A stretch of 64,000 bases of DNA from the human T2T-CHM13v2.0 reference genome, Homo sapiens, in NCBI RefSeq assembly GCF_009914755.1, contig NC_060928.1; one strand, 5' to 3'. The notes beneath the pieces are model-generated. The model worked only from the letters and a program-made list of their open reading frames with translations, did no database searches and was not told the origin of the DNA. Of this stretch, positions 1 to 12,389 are shown piece by piece (within the stretch, counting starts at the first letter, position 1; each line of letters begins with the position of its first letter). The position numbers and the translations under genes were made by a program.

Positions 1-2289
1 CACAATTTTAAAAGCTTCAAAATCATTCCCTCAAAATATGAAACAGCTCCAAAATGTTTATGTCATCCATCTTTTCCATGTTATATAACTATATGAGGAC
101 AGGAATGATGTATTTTCCTTGTTTTACGTACTGCCTTTTATGTCAGCTATGAACTGATAATCATTTTAAAAGCATTGACAACAATCCTGCAGTTTATTTT
201 GTTGATGTAAAGTATTCCTTATAGTTACAATGAATGTATCAATTATTAAAATATGGAAAGGGGGAAGATTTTCTCAGGATCCATACTCTTTTTCCAGTTG
301 TAATTTAAGCAGGGACCAGGCTAATTCCAAGGGCAGGTAATATCATAATTACCTGCAGACTGGTTATCTCACTCTGGAAAATTAGCTAGATGTGGTAAGC
401 TTAGTTTTGACAATCCTAAGAAAAATATTGGAATAGAATCTCAAAGTCTTGATAAATGGAAGCTTTTCATTGTTTATATGCAGACAAGGGTGGGTAAAGA
501 ACTTTGAAATTCCAAACCACTGGTACAAAAACTGGGTTAGAAGGAATAGTCTAGGCATATTTTAGGCAGCTTGTGGTCGCTCTGGTTAAAAGCTCACAAC
601 CAAACCACCACGATTTTACCAAGTTCACAACAGATTTTCAAAGATGATTTCTTTTGAAAATGCACAAAAGCCTTCTACATAGACATTTTAATTCATTGAT
701 TCAATTAAGAGCAAATTAAAACATGTAGTTCCACGGCAAACCAAATCCATATTTAAACCAGTTCATAGGTCTTTTCATGGAATAATTTTGGGAAAATAAA
801 TTAGTGTTTGTTTGTTTTTTCTGTATGCATATTGTTTATTCATTTATTTGAGTTTGCTCCTAAATGACTCTATCTGTCCTCAAATGCAATTCCTCTTTCA
901 TTGCACGTGCCACCATGTTCCTCACTGGACAAAGGTCTTAGAAGATCCCAATTTTTCCTTTACAGTTTTAGCTGTGAGTACAGAACAATTCAAGAGGCAT
1001 TAAAAGGTATAAAAGAATAACTTTATTTGCAGAGGAAAATAACAGATAGATCCCAATTATGTCCTCAAGCATAGCCAAATTGATTTTCTATTTGGAAGCA
1101 GTACTAGCAAAAATCTTATCAAATGGCTATGTGATTTCACAGGAGAAAGCAACGATTTTACTAAAATTATTCACATGTCCTCCAGGTTGTGAGAGGAGTT
1201 ACAAAAGATGCAAATTTGTTAAATGAAGATATGAAGCAATTCTCTCAGAGTATGATAGATGTTAATGTATCAGTAAGTACAGTCATTAGGATCTCTCCTG
1301 TCCACATATAAGACACCCCCTGTTTCAGCAGAGTCTTTGTGCAAAGTATGTAAAGTAAAGCTGCCTCCTTGCCCACCAAGGCTCTTATGTAGGCCTGACT
1401 TTTATAGTCTCCCACATGCCTAATCTTTTCTAAATTCCTTTTGACCATTAAAACTCACCTGCCCTAAGTCTTCCTCTCTGAGGGTCTGATAGAGAATTAA
1501 GGCTTTATCCCTCATGCTGTAGCACTTATATCTCTTGGAAATTCTGCAGATTTTGTCAGAAAACACTAGAGCTCAGTAAGAGTGTGCGTCTTTGAGCCTT
1601 TCCTTTCTCTAAACTTTCAAGGATGGAGACTCTTCATCACAAACATAACCCTATTTATAGATTCAGTGTGGTTATAATAAAGTATCAAAGGCGTGGGAAC
1701 TATTTATTGTACTTCTAAAGTGACTTTCCAAACCCATCCCTGATCCACTTGCAGAAGACTTCGTCATGTAACTTTCAGAAGGAAATCTATTTCTTTTACT
1801 TAGAAAAAGGCTTCACTATGACCTTGCTTTCCAACACCAATCCTCCAAGAACTAACAATTAGGAGTCTGTTAGGAATAAAGTTTAAGTATGGGTTATGGC
1901 AAAGAAACTATTTAAGGTTAATATGAATTTGCCACTAATGAGGAGATTAAAATATCAACTGTAGTTTGAACTCGATAACCTTTAAGATCCTTTACAAATG
2001 TGAGTATCTATTTATAATTCTAAAGTGCTCTTTTTTCACAAGCATACACTCTTTTTTGGTAATTTCATATATCTGGATAATAAAACCACACCAGATAAGG
2101 CCTTAGAACAACTAACTCATAATCTGGCACAAACTCATTTTGAGGAAAAACAATTGAATACATAATGTCCCACAGCTGGTAACTCAACCCAGATCTATTT
2201 TTGGCACGTATACTTGACATAAATTTATTGAACCTGCATTTCACTCCTCCTTTCTGAGATGCATCTTTCTTTCTTCTGAAATATGTTTT

Positions 2290-2500
2290 CTAGTGTTTGT
2301 TTGTTGGTTGTTTTAGTAAGGGTCTGCCTGTGAGTGATAAGAATTCTTAGTGCTTATCTAAAAAGGTCTTCATTTTACCCTTATTGAGTGATAATTTCAT
2401 TGGGCTTACATTCTTAATTAAAATTTCTTTTCCCTGAGAACTTAGAAGATAAAGTTATATTGTCTTTTATGATGTAAAGCCTGCCATCAATATAAAAGAC
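2290..2500 (-). mobile_element. Ancient L1M (ORF1-region) fragment; left part of the element interrupted by the L1PB
   Basis: Degenerate match to remembered old L1M antisense text (gtcttcattttacccttattgagtgataatttc...ttttccctgagaacttagaagat); similar sequence resumes at ~9900. Confidence 0.5.
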
Positions 2501-2874
2501 ACTTTCTTTTTATTATTATTATTTTTTCCATAAGTTCTCGGGGTACAGGTGGTATTTGGTTACATGAGTAAGTTCTTTAGTGGTGATTTGTGAGATTTTG
2601 TTACACCCATCACCTGAGCAGTATACACTGCAACATATTTGTAGTCGTTTATCCCTCTCACCCCTTCCACTCTTCCCCCCAAGTCCCCAAAGTCCATTGT
2701 ATCATTCTTATGCCTTTGCATCCTCATAGCTTAGCTCCTACATATCAGTGAGAACATACCATGTGTGGTTTTTCATTCCTGAGTTACTTCACTTAGAATA
2801 ATAGTCTCCAATCTCATCCAGGTCACTGGGACTGCTGTTAATTCATTCCTTTTTATGGCCGTGTAGTATTCCAT

Positions 2875-3050
2875 TATATGTATATATGTATATATATATA
2901 TATGTACACGTGTATATATGTATATATACACGTGTATATGTACACGTGTATATGTGTATATATACACGTGTATATGTACACGTGTATATGTGTATATATA
3001 CACATATATATACACATAATACATATATATACTCATAATACATATATATA
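2875..3050. repeat. Compound (TA/TG/CA)n micro/minisatellite inside the L1PB 3' region
   Basis: Alternating purine-pyrimidine tract with a ~36 bp higher-order unit containing tacacgtgta. Confidence 0.95.
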
Positions 3051-3055
3051 CTCCA

Positions 3056-3314
3056 GCCCAGGCTGGAGTGCAGTGGTACCATCTCGGCTCACTGCAACCT
3101 CCGCCTCCTGGGTTCAACCAATTCTCCTGCCTCAGCCTCCTGAGTAGCTGGGATTAAAGGTGCCCACTACCACACCAGGCTAATTTTTTTATTTTTATCA
3201 GATATAGGGTTTCACCATATTGGTTAGGCTGGTCTCGAACTCTTGACTTTGAGATCTGCCCACCTCGGCCTCCCAAAGTGCTGGGTTTACAGGTGTGAGC
3301 CACTGTGCTCGGCC
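3056..3314 (-). mobile_element. Alu (AluS, Sc/Sg-like), lacking its A-tail and last ~20 nt
   Basis: gcccaggctggagtgcagtgg...cctcccaaagtgctgggtttacaggtgtgagccactgtgctcggcc; both arms present. Confidence 0.95.
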
Positions 3315-5752
3315 ATACCAATTTCTTCGTCCACTCATTGACTGATAGGCAATTGGGCTGGTTCCATGATTTTGCAGTTGTGAATTGTGCTGTTATAAAA
3401 ATGCGTGTGCAAGTACCTTTTTTGAATAACAACTTCTTTTCCCCTGGGTAGATACCCAATACTGGAATTGCTGGATAAAATTATAGTTCAAAAAAAAAAA
3501 AGACTACTAAAAAAAAAATGTAGTTCTATTTTTAGTTCTTTAAGGAATCTCCACACTGTTTTTCATAGTTGCTCTACTAGTTTGTATTTCCATCAGCAGT
3601 GTGGAAGTGTTCCCTGTTCACTGCATCCACACCAACATCACTGTTTTTTGATTTTTTGATTGTGGCCATTCTTGCAGGAGTAAGGTGGTATCACATTGTG
3701 GTTTTGATTTGCATTTCCCTGATCATTAGTAATGTTGAGCATTTTTTCATATGCTTGTTGGCCATTTGTATATCTTCTTTGGAGAATTGTCTATTCATGT
3801 CCTTAGCCCACTTTTTGATGGGATTGTTTGTTTTTTGCTTACTGATTTAAGTTCGTTGTAGATTCTGGATATTAGTCCTTTATCAGATGTATACACTGTG
3901 AAGATTTTCTCCCACTCTGTTGGTTGTCCATTTACCCTGCTAACTGTTCCTTTTGCTGTGCAAAAGCTTTTTAGTTTAATTAGGTCCCAGCTATTTATCT
4001 TTGCTTTTATTGCATTTGCTTTTGGGTTCTTGGTCATGACATCCTTGCCTAAGCCAATGTCTGGAAGGGTTTGTCCAATATTATCTTCTAGAATTTTTAT
4101 GGTTTCAGGCCTTAGGTTTAAGTCCTTATTCCATCTTGAGTTGACTTTTGTATAAGGTGAGAAATGAGGATTCAGTTTCATTCTCCTACATGTGGCTAGC
4201 CAATTACCCCAGTACCATTTGTTGAAAAGGGTGTCCTTTCCCCACTTTATGTTATTTTTTTGCTTTGTCAAAGATCAGTTAGCTGTAAGTATTTGGGTTT
4301 ATTTCTGGGTTCTCTATTCTATTCCATTGGCCTTTGTGCCTATTTTTATACCAATACCATGCCATTTTGTTGATTATGACCTTATAGTATAGTTTGAAAT
4401 CAGGTAGTGTGATGCCTCCAGATTTGTTCTTTTTGCTTAGTCTTGCTTTGGCTATACAGGCTCTTTTTTGGTTCCATATGAATTTTAGAGTTGTTTTTTC
4501 TAATTCTGTGAAGAGTGATGGTGGTATCTTCATGGGAATTGCATTGAATTTGTAGATTGCTTTTGGCAGTATGGTCATTTTCACAATATTGATTCTACCC
4601 ATTCATGAGCATGGGATGTGTTTCCATTTGTTTGTGTCATCTATGATTTCTTTTAGCAGTGTTTTTTAGTTTTCCTTGTAGAGGTCTTTTGACTCCTTGG
4701 TTAGGTATATTTCTAATTATTTTATATATTTTTTGTAGCTATTGTAAAAGGGGTTGAGTTCTTGATTTGATTCTCTGCTTGGTCACTCTTGGTGTATAGA
4801 AGAGCTAATGATTTGTGTACATTAATCTTGTATCCGGAGACGTTGCTGAATTCTTTTATCAGTTCTAGGAGCTTTCTGGAGGAGTCCTTAATGACAGTTT
4901 GACTTGGTATTTACCGATTTGGATGCTCTTTATTTCTTTCTCTTGTCTGATTGCTCTGGCTAGGACTTCCAGCACTATGCTGAAGAGGAGTGGTGAGAGT
5001 GGGCATCCTTGTCTTGTTCCAGTCTTCAGAGGGAATGCTTTCAACTTATCCCGGTTATGATGTTGGCTGTGGGTTTGTCACAGATGGATTTTATTACATT
5101 GAGTTATGTCCCTCATATGCCAATTTTGCTGACAGTTTTAAACATGAAGGCATGCTGGATTTTTGTCTAATGCTTTTTCTGCATCTACTGAGATGATCAT
5201 TTGATTTTTGTTTTAAATTCTGTTTATGTGGGGTATCATATTTATTGTCTTGCCTATGTTAAACCATCCCTGAATCCCTGATATAAAACCAACTTAATCA
5301 TGGTGGATTATCTTTTCGATATGTTGTTGGATTCAATTAGCTACTATTTTGTTAAGGATTTTAGCATCTATGTTCGTCAAGGACATCAGTCTGTAGTTTT
5401 CTTTTTTGATATGTCCTTTCCTGGTTTTGGTATTACAGTGATGCTGGCTTCATAGAATGCATTAGGGAGGGTTCCTTCTTTCTGTATCTTGTGAAATAGT
5501 GTCAAAAGGATTGGTACCAATTCTTCTTGGAATGTCTTATAGAATTCTGCTGTGAATCTGTCTGGTCCTGGACTTTTTTTGTTGGTAATTTTTAAATTAT
5601 CATTTCAATCTTGCTGCTTGTTATTGGTTGGTTCAGGGTAGATAGCCTGAATTGGATAATTCTTCCTGATTTAAGCTATGAGGTTTTTATTTTTCCAGGA
5701 ATTTATCCATCTCTTCTGGTTTTCTAGTTTATGTGTGTAAAGGTGTTCATAG

Positions 5753-6159
5753 TGAGTCAGGAGTTTTTCCTGCCAATTGGTTCGTTGTCTCCTAACTTCG
5801 AAGAATGAAGCTGCGGACCTTCGCAGTGAGTGTTACAGCTCAAAAAGAGTCCATGGACCAGGAGAGTGAGCAGCAGCACAGTTTATTGAACAAAGCCAAA
5901 GGAAAGCTTCCACGTGGTGGAAGGGGATCCGGAGGGGTTGCCATTGCTGGCTCGGGTGGTTAGGGCTTATATCCCTGTGTTACCCCCTCCCCTTTCTTTC
6001 TTTGTGTCCATTGAGAGTGGTTCTTTTTTCACTCTCAATGGTTGAGTGGTTAATTTTGAATCCTTCCTCAATTGATTAAAAACTCAAAACTCTGAGTCAC
6101 AGGGTCTTTTGCAAAAGTCCCCGAACCAGCCCAGGAAGTCCTGTCAACTCTTCCCCTTA
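5753..6159 (-). mobile_element. Solo LTR, ERV1 class, LTR12/ERV9-related but short (407 bp), inserted in L1PB ORF2
   Basis: LTR12-like antisense blocks (cttcgaagaatgaagctgcggaccttcgcagtgagtgttacagctc; gtgagcagcagcacagtttattg; ggttgccattgctggctcggg). 4-bp TSD atag/gtag. L1 sequence is contiguous across it. Confidence 0.8.
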
Positions 6160-9100
6160 GTAGTAGCCTTGAATGATCTTTTGTATTTCAGTGGTGGCAG
6201 TTGTAATATCTCCTGTTTCAGTTCTCAGTGAGGTTATCTGGATTTTCTCTCTTCTTTTCTTGGTTAATCTTGCTAACGATCTATCAATTTTATTTATCTT
6301 TTCAAAGAATCAGCTTTTTTCATTTATCTTTTGTATTTTTGTTGCTGTTGTTGTTTGTTTCAATTTAATTTAGCTCTGCTCTGATCTTGGTTATTTCCTT
6401 TCTTCTGCTGGGTTTGGGTTTGGTTTGTTCTTGTTTCTCTACCTCCTTTAGGTGTGACCTTAAAATGTCAGTCTGTGGTCTTTCAGTCTTCTTGATGTAG
6501 GCATTTAGGGCTATGAACTTTCCTCTTAGCACCGCCTTTGCTGTATCCCAGAGGTTTTGAAAGTTTGTGTCATTATTGTTGTTCAGTTTGAATAATTTTT
6601 AAATTTCCATCTTGATTTTGTTTTTGACCCAATGCTCATTCAGGAGCAGGTTAATTTCCATTTGTTTGCGTGGTCTTGAAGGCTCCTTTTGGAGTTGATT
6701 TCCAGTTTTATTCCACTGTGATCTGAGAGAGAGCTTGATATAATTTTAATGTTATTAAATTTATTGAGGCTCATTTTATGACCTATCATATGGTCTATCT
6801 TGGAGAAATTTCCATGCACTGTTGAATACAATGTGTATTCTGTAGGTGTTGGATGAAATGTTCTGTATATATCTGTTAAGTCCATTTGTTCCAAGGTATA
6901 GTTTAAATCCATTGTTTCTTTGTTGATTTTCTGTCTTGATGCCCTGTCTAGTGCTGTCAGTGGAGTATTGAAGTCCTCCACTAATATTGTGTTGCTGTCT
7001 ATCTCATTTCTTAGGTCTATTACTAATTGTTTTATAAATTTGGGAGCTCCAGTGTCAGGTGCATGTATGTTTTGGATTGTGATATTTTTCCTGTTGGACA
7101 AGGTCTTTTACCATTACATAATGTTCCACTTTGTCTTTTTCAACTGCTGTTGTTTTAAAGTTTGTTTTGTCTGATATAAGAATAGCTATCCCTGCTTGCT
7201 ATTGGTGTCCATTTGCATGAAATGCCTTTTTTCATCACTTTAAGTTTATGTGAGTCCTTATTTGTGAGGTGAGTCTCCTGAAGGTGGCAGGTAGTTGGTT
7301 GCTGAGTTCTTATTCATTCTGTGGTTCTGTATCTTTTAAGTGGAGCATTTAAGTCATTTACATCCAATGTTAATATTGAAATGTGAGGTAACTTTGCTTT
7401 CATCATGCTCTTTATTGCCTGTGTACTTCTGTTTTGTTTTGTTTTTGCCTTTTAACTTATATTTTTGTTTTACAGGTCCTGTGTGATTTATGCTTTAAAG
7501 AGGTTCTGTTTTGATGTGTTTCCAGGATTTGTTTCAAGATTAACAGCTTCTTTTAGCAGTTCTTGTAGTAGTAGCTTGGTAATGGCAAATTCTCTCAGCA
7601 TTTGTTTGTCTGAAAAAGACTGTGTCTTTCCTTCATATGTGATGCTTAGTTTTGCTGGATACAAAATACTTGGCTAATCTGGTAGGTTTTCCTTTATAGG
7701 TTACCCAGCGCTTCTGTCTCACAGCTCTTAAGATTGTTTCCTTTGTCTTAACTTTGGGTAACCTGATGACAATGTGCCTAGGCAAAGATCTTTGGCGATG
7801 AATTTCCTGGATGTTCTTTGTACTTTTTGAGTTTGGATGTCTAGGTCTCTAGCAAGGCTGAGGAAGTTTTCCTCAATTATTCCTCCAAATATGTTTTTCA
7901 AGGTTTTAGAATTCTCTTCTTCCTCAGGAACACCGATTATTCTTAGATTTGGTTGTTTCACATAATCCCAGATTTCTTGGAGGCTTTGTTCATATTTTCT
8001 TATTTTTTTCTTTGTCTTTGTTGGATTAATTCAAAGACCTTGTCTTCAAACTCTGAATTTCTTTCTTCTACTTGTTCAGTTCTATTACTGAGACTTTCCA
8101 GAGCATTTCACATTTCTAAAAGTGTGTCCAAAGTATCCTGAATTTTTTATTGTTTTTTCTTTAAGCTGCCTATTTCCTTGAATATTTCTCCCTTTACTTC
8201 TTGTATAATTTCTTGGATTTCCTTACCTGGGCTTCACCTTTCTCTGGGCCTCCCTGGTTAGCTTAATAATTAACCTCCTGAATTCTTTTTCAGGTAAATC
8301 AGAGATTTCTTCTTGGTTTGGAACCATTGCTGGTGAACTAGTGTTATTTTTGGGAGGGTGTTGAAGAGCCTTGTTTTGTCATATTACCAGGGTTGGTTTT
8401 CTGGTTCTTCTCATTTGGGTAGTCTCTGTCAGAGGGAAGGTCCAGGGCCTAAGGCTGTTGTTCAGATTTATTTGTCCCACAGGGTGTTCCTTTGATGTCA
8501 TAGTTTCCCCCTTTTTCTGTGGATGAGGCTTCCTGTGAGCTGAACTGCAGTGATTGTTGTCACTCTTCTGGGTCTAGCCACCCAGCGAGTCTACCAGGCT
8601 CCAGGCTGGTACTGGGGTTGTCTGCACAGAGTCCTGTGATGTGACCCATCTCTTGGTCTCTCAGCCTTGGATACCCACACCTGTTCTGGTGGAGATGTCA
8701 GGGGAGGGGTGTAATGAACTCTGTAGGGTTCTTAGCTTTGGCTGTTTAATGCTCTATTTTTTAGCAGTTGGCCTCCTGCCAGGAGGTTATGCTTTCCAGA
8801 GAGCATCAGCTGTGGTAGTATGGGGAAGAACTGGTGGTGGGTGGGCCCTAGAACTCCCAAGATTATATGCCTTTTGTCTTCAGTTACCAGTGTGGGTAGT
8901 TAAGGACCATCAGGTGGGGCAGGGCTAGGCATGTCTGAGGTCACACTCTCTTTGGGCAGGTCTTGCTGCAGCTGCCTTAGGGGATGAGAGTGAGATTCTC
9001 AGGTCACTGGAGTTGTGTACCTAGGAGGATTATGGCTGCCTCTGCTGAGTCATGCAGGTTGTCAGGGAAGCAGGGAAAAGCCAGCAGTCACAGGCCTCAC

Positions 9101-9569
9101 CCAGCTCCCACACAAACTAAAGGGCCAGTCTCACTCCCACCATGCCTCTCCCAATAGTCCCGAGTCCATTTCTACATGGAGGGCAAGATGGGCTAAAAAG
9201 CCTGCCCTAGGCTGTCTGACTCCCAGCCGTGAAAGAAAAGGGCTTGCTTTTCACCCACCCATGGAGTCTGTATACCCTATTTGAGCCCTTCCCAAGTTCT
9301 GGCCAGGAGGCTTCTCATCCCATTCAAATTGTTTAAAGTTCAGCTAGTGATTTTCTTCTTCCTGTGGAGTTTTACTCTCTGCCACCCTAGCTGCCCTCTG
9401 GATGGATCCTTGTGGTGCCAGGCAGGAATGGCCTGCTAGGGAACCCAGTGAGCTTCTAGGGCCTTTCTGCTGCTTCCTCTACCCCTGTATTTCACTAGGC
9501 TCTCCAAATTGACTCAGCTCCAGGTAAAGTTGGAAACTTTACCAGTTTCTGCTAACAGAACTTCAGCTT

Positions 9570-9698
9570 CTCCAGTGGGAGTGTTTGTTCAGGAGAGGAG
9601 GGTCTCCCTTTCCCACTTCCACAGTTGGGATACTCCAGTGGGAGTGTTTGTTCAGGAGAGGAGGGTCTCCCTTTCCCACTTCCACAGTTGGGGTACTC
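9570..9698. repeat. 63-bp tandem duplication within the L1PB 5'UTR
   Basis: ctccagtgggagtgtttgttcaggagaggagggtctccctttcccacttccacagttggg(a/g)ta at 9570 and 9633; one mismatch. Confidence 0.95.
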
Positions 9699-9899
9699 AC
9701 AGTATTTGATGTGTCTCTTGAGTCTTGCAGGAGCAGTCTGCTTCCTTCAGAGGGTCTGTTGTCCTCTCAGGATTTCTGGTTCATTCTTGCAGTTGATCAG
9801 GAGCTAAAATTCACAATGCAAGCCTCCACATGCTGCTTTGTGTGGAGCTGCAATCTAGTCCTGCCTCCCATCCACCATGATGATCTCTCTCCTCCCCAG

Positions 9900-12100
9900 G
9901 ACCCTTTTTTGCAGGTAATTTACCTTTTCTCTCTCTCTTTTTTTTTTTCCAACTCTGTATCATGCTTACTCATTATCTCTTTGAATATTGCCTTCCCAGA
10001 TTCTCTACATTCTCTATCCTTCTGAAAGTCTTCCTAAACATAAGTTGGATTTTATCATTCTGTTCTTCGTGTTTATTAGCATCTCTTTCACATTCTCCAT
10101 ACTTTTGTTTCTCTATGCTATTTAGTTTTTTTTATAATTTCCTAAGACCTATCATCTAGTTCACTAATTCTCTCTTTAGCTATGTCTAATCTACTTCTTT
10201 ACTCATTTTATAAGTTTTCAACTTCAGTGACTACATATCTTTGTAAAAATTTTCTAAATGTTCAGTTTGGTTCTATTTCAAATCTGTCTTTTTGTTTTTC
10301 TTAGAGACTAATTATTCCATCCTTGTTTCTATTTCTTTTTTACCTTTACCATAATTTAAACAAACTTAGTATATAATTGTTTATCGGGGGAACCCGCCAC
10401 CAGTATTTCAACATAGGTTCTTTCTATTTTCCATAAGTGTCGGCCAGCTGAGAAATAAAGAGAAAGAGTACAAAGAGAGGAATTTTACACCTGGGCCACC
10501 GGGGGTGACATCACATATTGATAGAACCGTGATGCCCACCTGAGCCTCAAACCAGTAAGCTTTTTATTAAGGATTTCAAAAGGGGAGGGGGTGTAGGAAC
10601 AGGAAATAGATCACATGCTTCAAAGGGCAAAAAGGAGAACTACTGATAAGGGTCTATGTTCAGCGGTGCACGTATTGTCTTGATAAACATCTTAAACAAC
10701 AGAAAACAGGGTTCAAGAGCAGAGAACTGGTCTGACCACAAATTGACCAGGGTGGGGTTTTTTCCCCACCCTAGAAAGCCTGAAGGTACTGTAGGAGACC
10801 AGGGCATATCTCAGTCCTTATCTCAACTGCATAAGGCAGACACTCCTGGAGTGGCTGTTTATAGACCTCCCTCCAGGAATGCATTCCTTTCCCAGGGTAT
10901 TAACATTAATATTCCTTGCTAGGAAAAGAATTTAGTGATATCTCTCCTACTTGCACGTCCTTTTATAGGCTCTCTGCAAGAAGAAAAACATGGCTCTTTT
11001 TGCCCGACCCCGCAGGTAGTCAGACCTTATGGTTGTCTTCCCTTGTTCCCTAAAAATCGCTGTTATTCTGTTCTTTTTCAAGGTGCACTGATTTCATATT
11101 GTTTAAACACATATGTTTTACAATCAATTTGTACAGTTAATTATCACAGTGGTCCTGAGGTGACATACATCCTCAGCTTATGAAGATAACAGGATTAAGA
11201 GATTAAAGTAAAGACAGGCGTAAGAAATTATAAAAGTATTATTTGGGAACTGATAAATGTCCATGAAATCTTCACAATTTATGTTCCTCTGCCACGGCTC
11301 CAGCCAATCGCTCTGTTCAGTGTCCCTGACTTCCCGCAACAATTGTTTACAGATTATTCTATAGCATTAGTTCTTGTGGAACTATCTTGTCTATTGAATG
11401 TGTTAATTCTCCTTCATTGTTATTAACATCTTACTGTGGTTGATACATTTTTATTGTGAGCTGTGTCTCTCATTTTCTTTCTGTCTCTGTCTCTCTCTCT
11501 CTATCATCTCTATCTGTATCTCTTTTTTCCACATCTGTGAAAGTCCCACACTCTGGGTTGTGTGAATGGCCCTAGAAACTGTTTTCAAGATTGTTTTACC
11601 TGATCTTGTAATTTCATATTTTACATTAATTTCTTATGTATTCTATTTTATATTATTTCTTTTTAAGTATATATTTTATATTATTTTTTGTCTTGAGACT
11701 TTACACAATTAGGGTAGTATTATTTCAAGTCCCTAAGCCTGACCAGGGGTTGCCCTTTGGTTTCTTATAGGTATTTTTTTTTTCCTTATCCACATTCTCA
11801 GATGGATGACTACATTGTTGAATTCCTGGGAAGCGGGAAAACTTTCCTTCCAGGTTGAATGCCTGGAAAGTTTTTGGTTCTGTGCAAGAAGCTTAGTTCC
11901 AGCTCCCTACATCTCTTGGGCTGAAGAACCTATCAATCATTCCCTTAAGGTTGTGAAAACTCACAGTATCCAGTGTATAGGGCTGAAATTCTCATTAGAA
12001 ATTTGCATTTTTCTTGTTGTTACTGGGGGATTTTTTCATTTATTTCAACTTTATTTTACTGTTATGCTTTATTAAGTTTTCTAATGTGATTGAGCAATAA
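9900..12100 (-). mobile_element. Ancient L1M fragment (ORF1/5' region), interrupted by MER11
   Basis: ttcactaattctctctttagctatgtctaatcta...ttcagtttggttctatttcaaatctgtc resembles old L1M antisense; right boundary uncertain. Confidence 0.5.
10382..11341 (-). mobile_element. MER11 solo LTR (HERV-K11/HML-8)
   Basis: Ends gtccctgacttcccgcaaca (reverse complement of the MER11 start tgttgcgggaagtcagggac); begins tatcgggggaacccgcc; perfect 6-bp TSD attgtt at 10376-10381 and 11342-11347. Confidence 0.93.
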
Positions 12101-12389
12101 AGTGGTCATCCATATATGTGTTGTCAAACATCCTACAGCAATATTTAAAAGAGATTTTTAGCAGATTGATTCCGTACCTTTTCTTATTCTATTTTGATGC
12201 AGAGGTAATTTGTTGATGCTCAATTTCCCAGAATCGAAGAAAATGAAGAGACTTTAATTACCAACTGGGTCAGTAATCTTTTTAGTTCTTTTAACATTGA
12301 TTCTTAAACATCAGTAATATAACATCTCAGAAAACAGTATATTCCATCTTTAACTGTAGTTTTCTCCATGGGAGATCAAAACTTTGTGA

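Larger units (their letters stand above)
2505..9897 (-). mobile_element. Near full-length LINE-1, L1PB (L1PB1-type 3' end, L1PBa-type 5'UTR), inactivated
   Basis: T-rich tail then ccataagttctcggggtacaggtggtatttggttacatgagtaagttc (L1PB 3' end). ORF2 fragments in ORF track: 3795-4271, 4279-4602 ([22 protein letters not shown]), 6640-7101 (endonuclease). ORF1 fragment 7728-7961 (PNLRIIGVPEEEE). 5' end ctagtcctgcctcccatccaccatgat. Many stops, frameshifts and deletions. Confidence 0.93.

Noticed and set aside
2773-3147. Y/I/H/V-rich ORFs of 79-114 aa
   Set aside because: Translations of the TA/CA microsatellite plus Alu and L1 sequence
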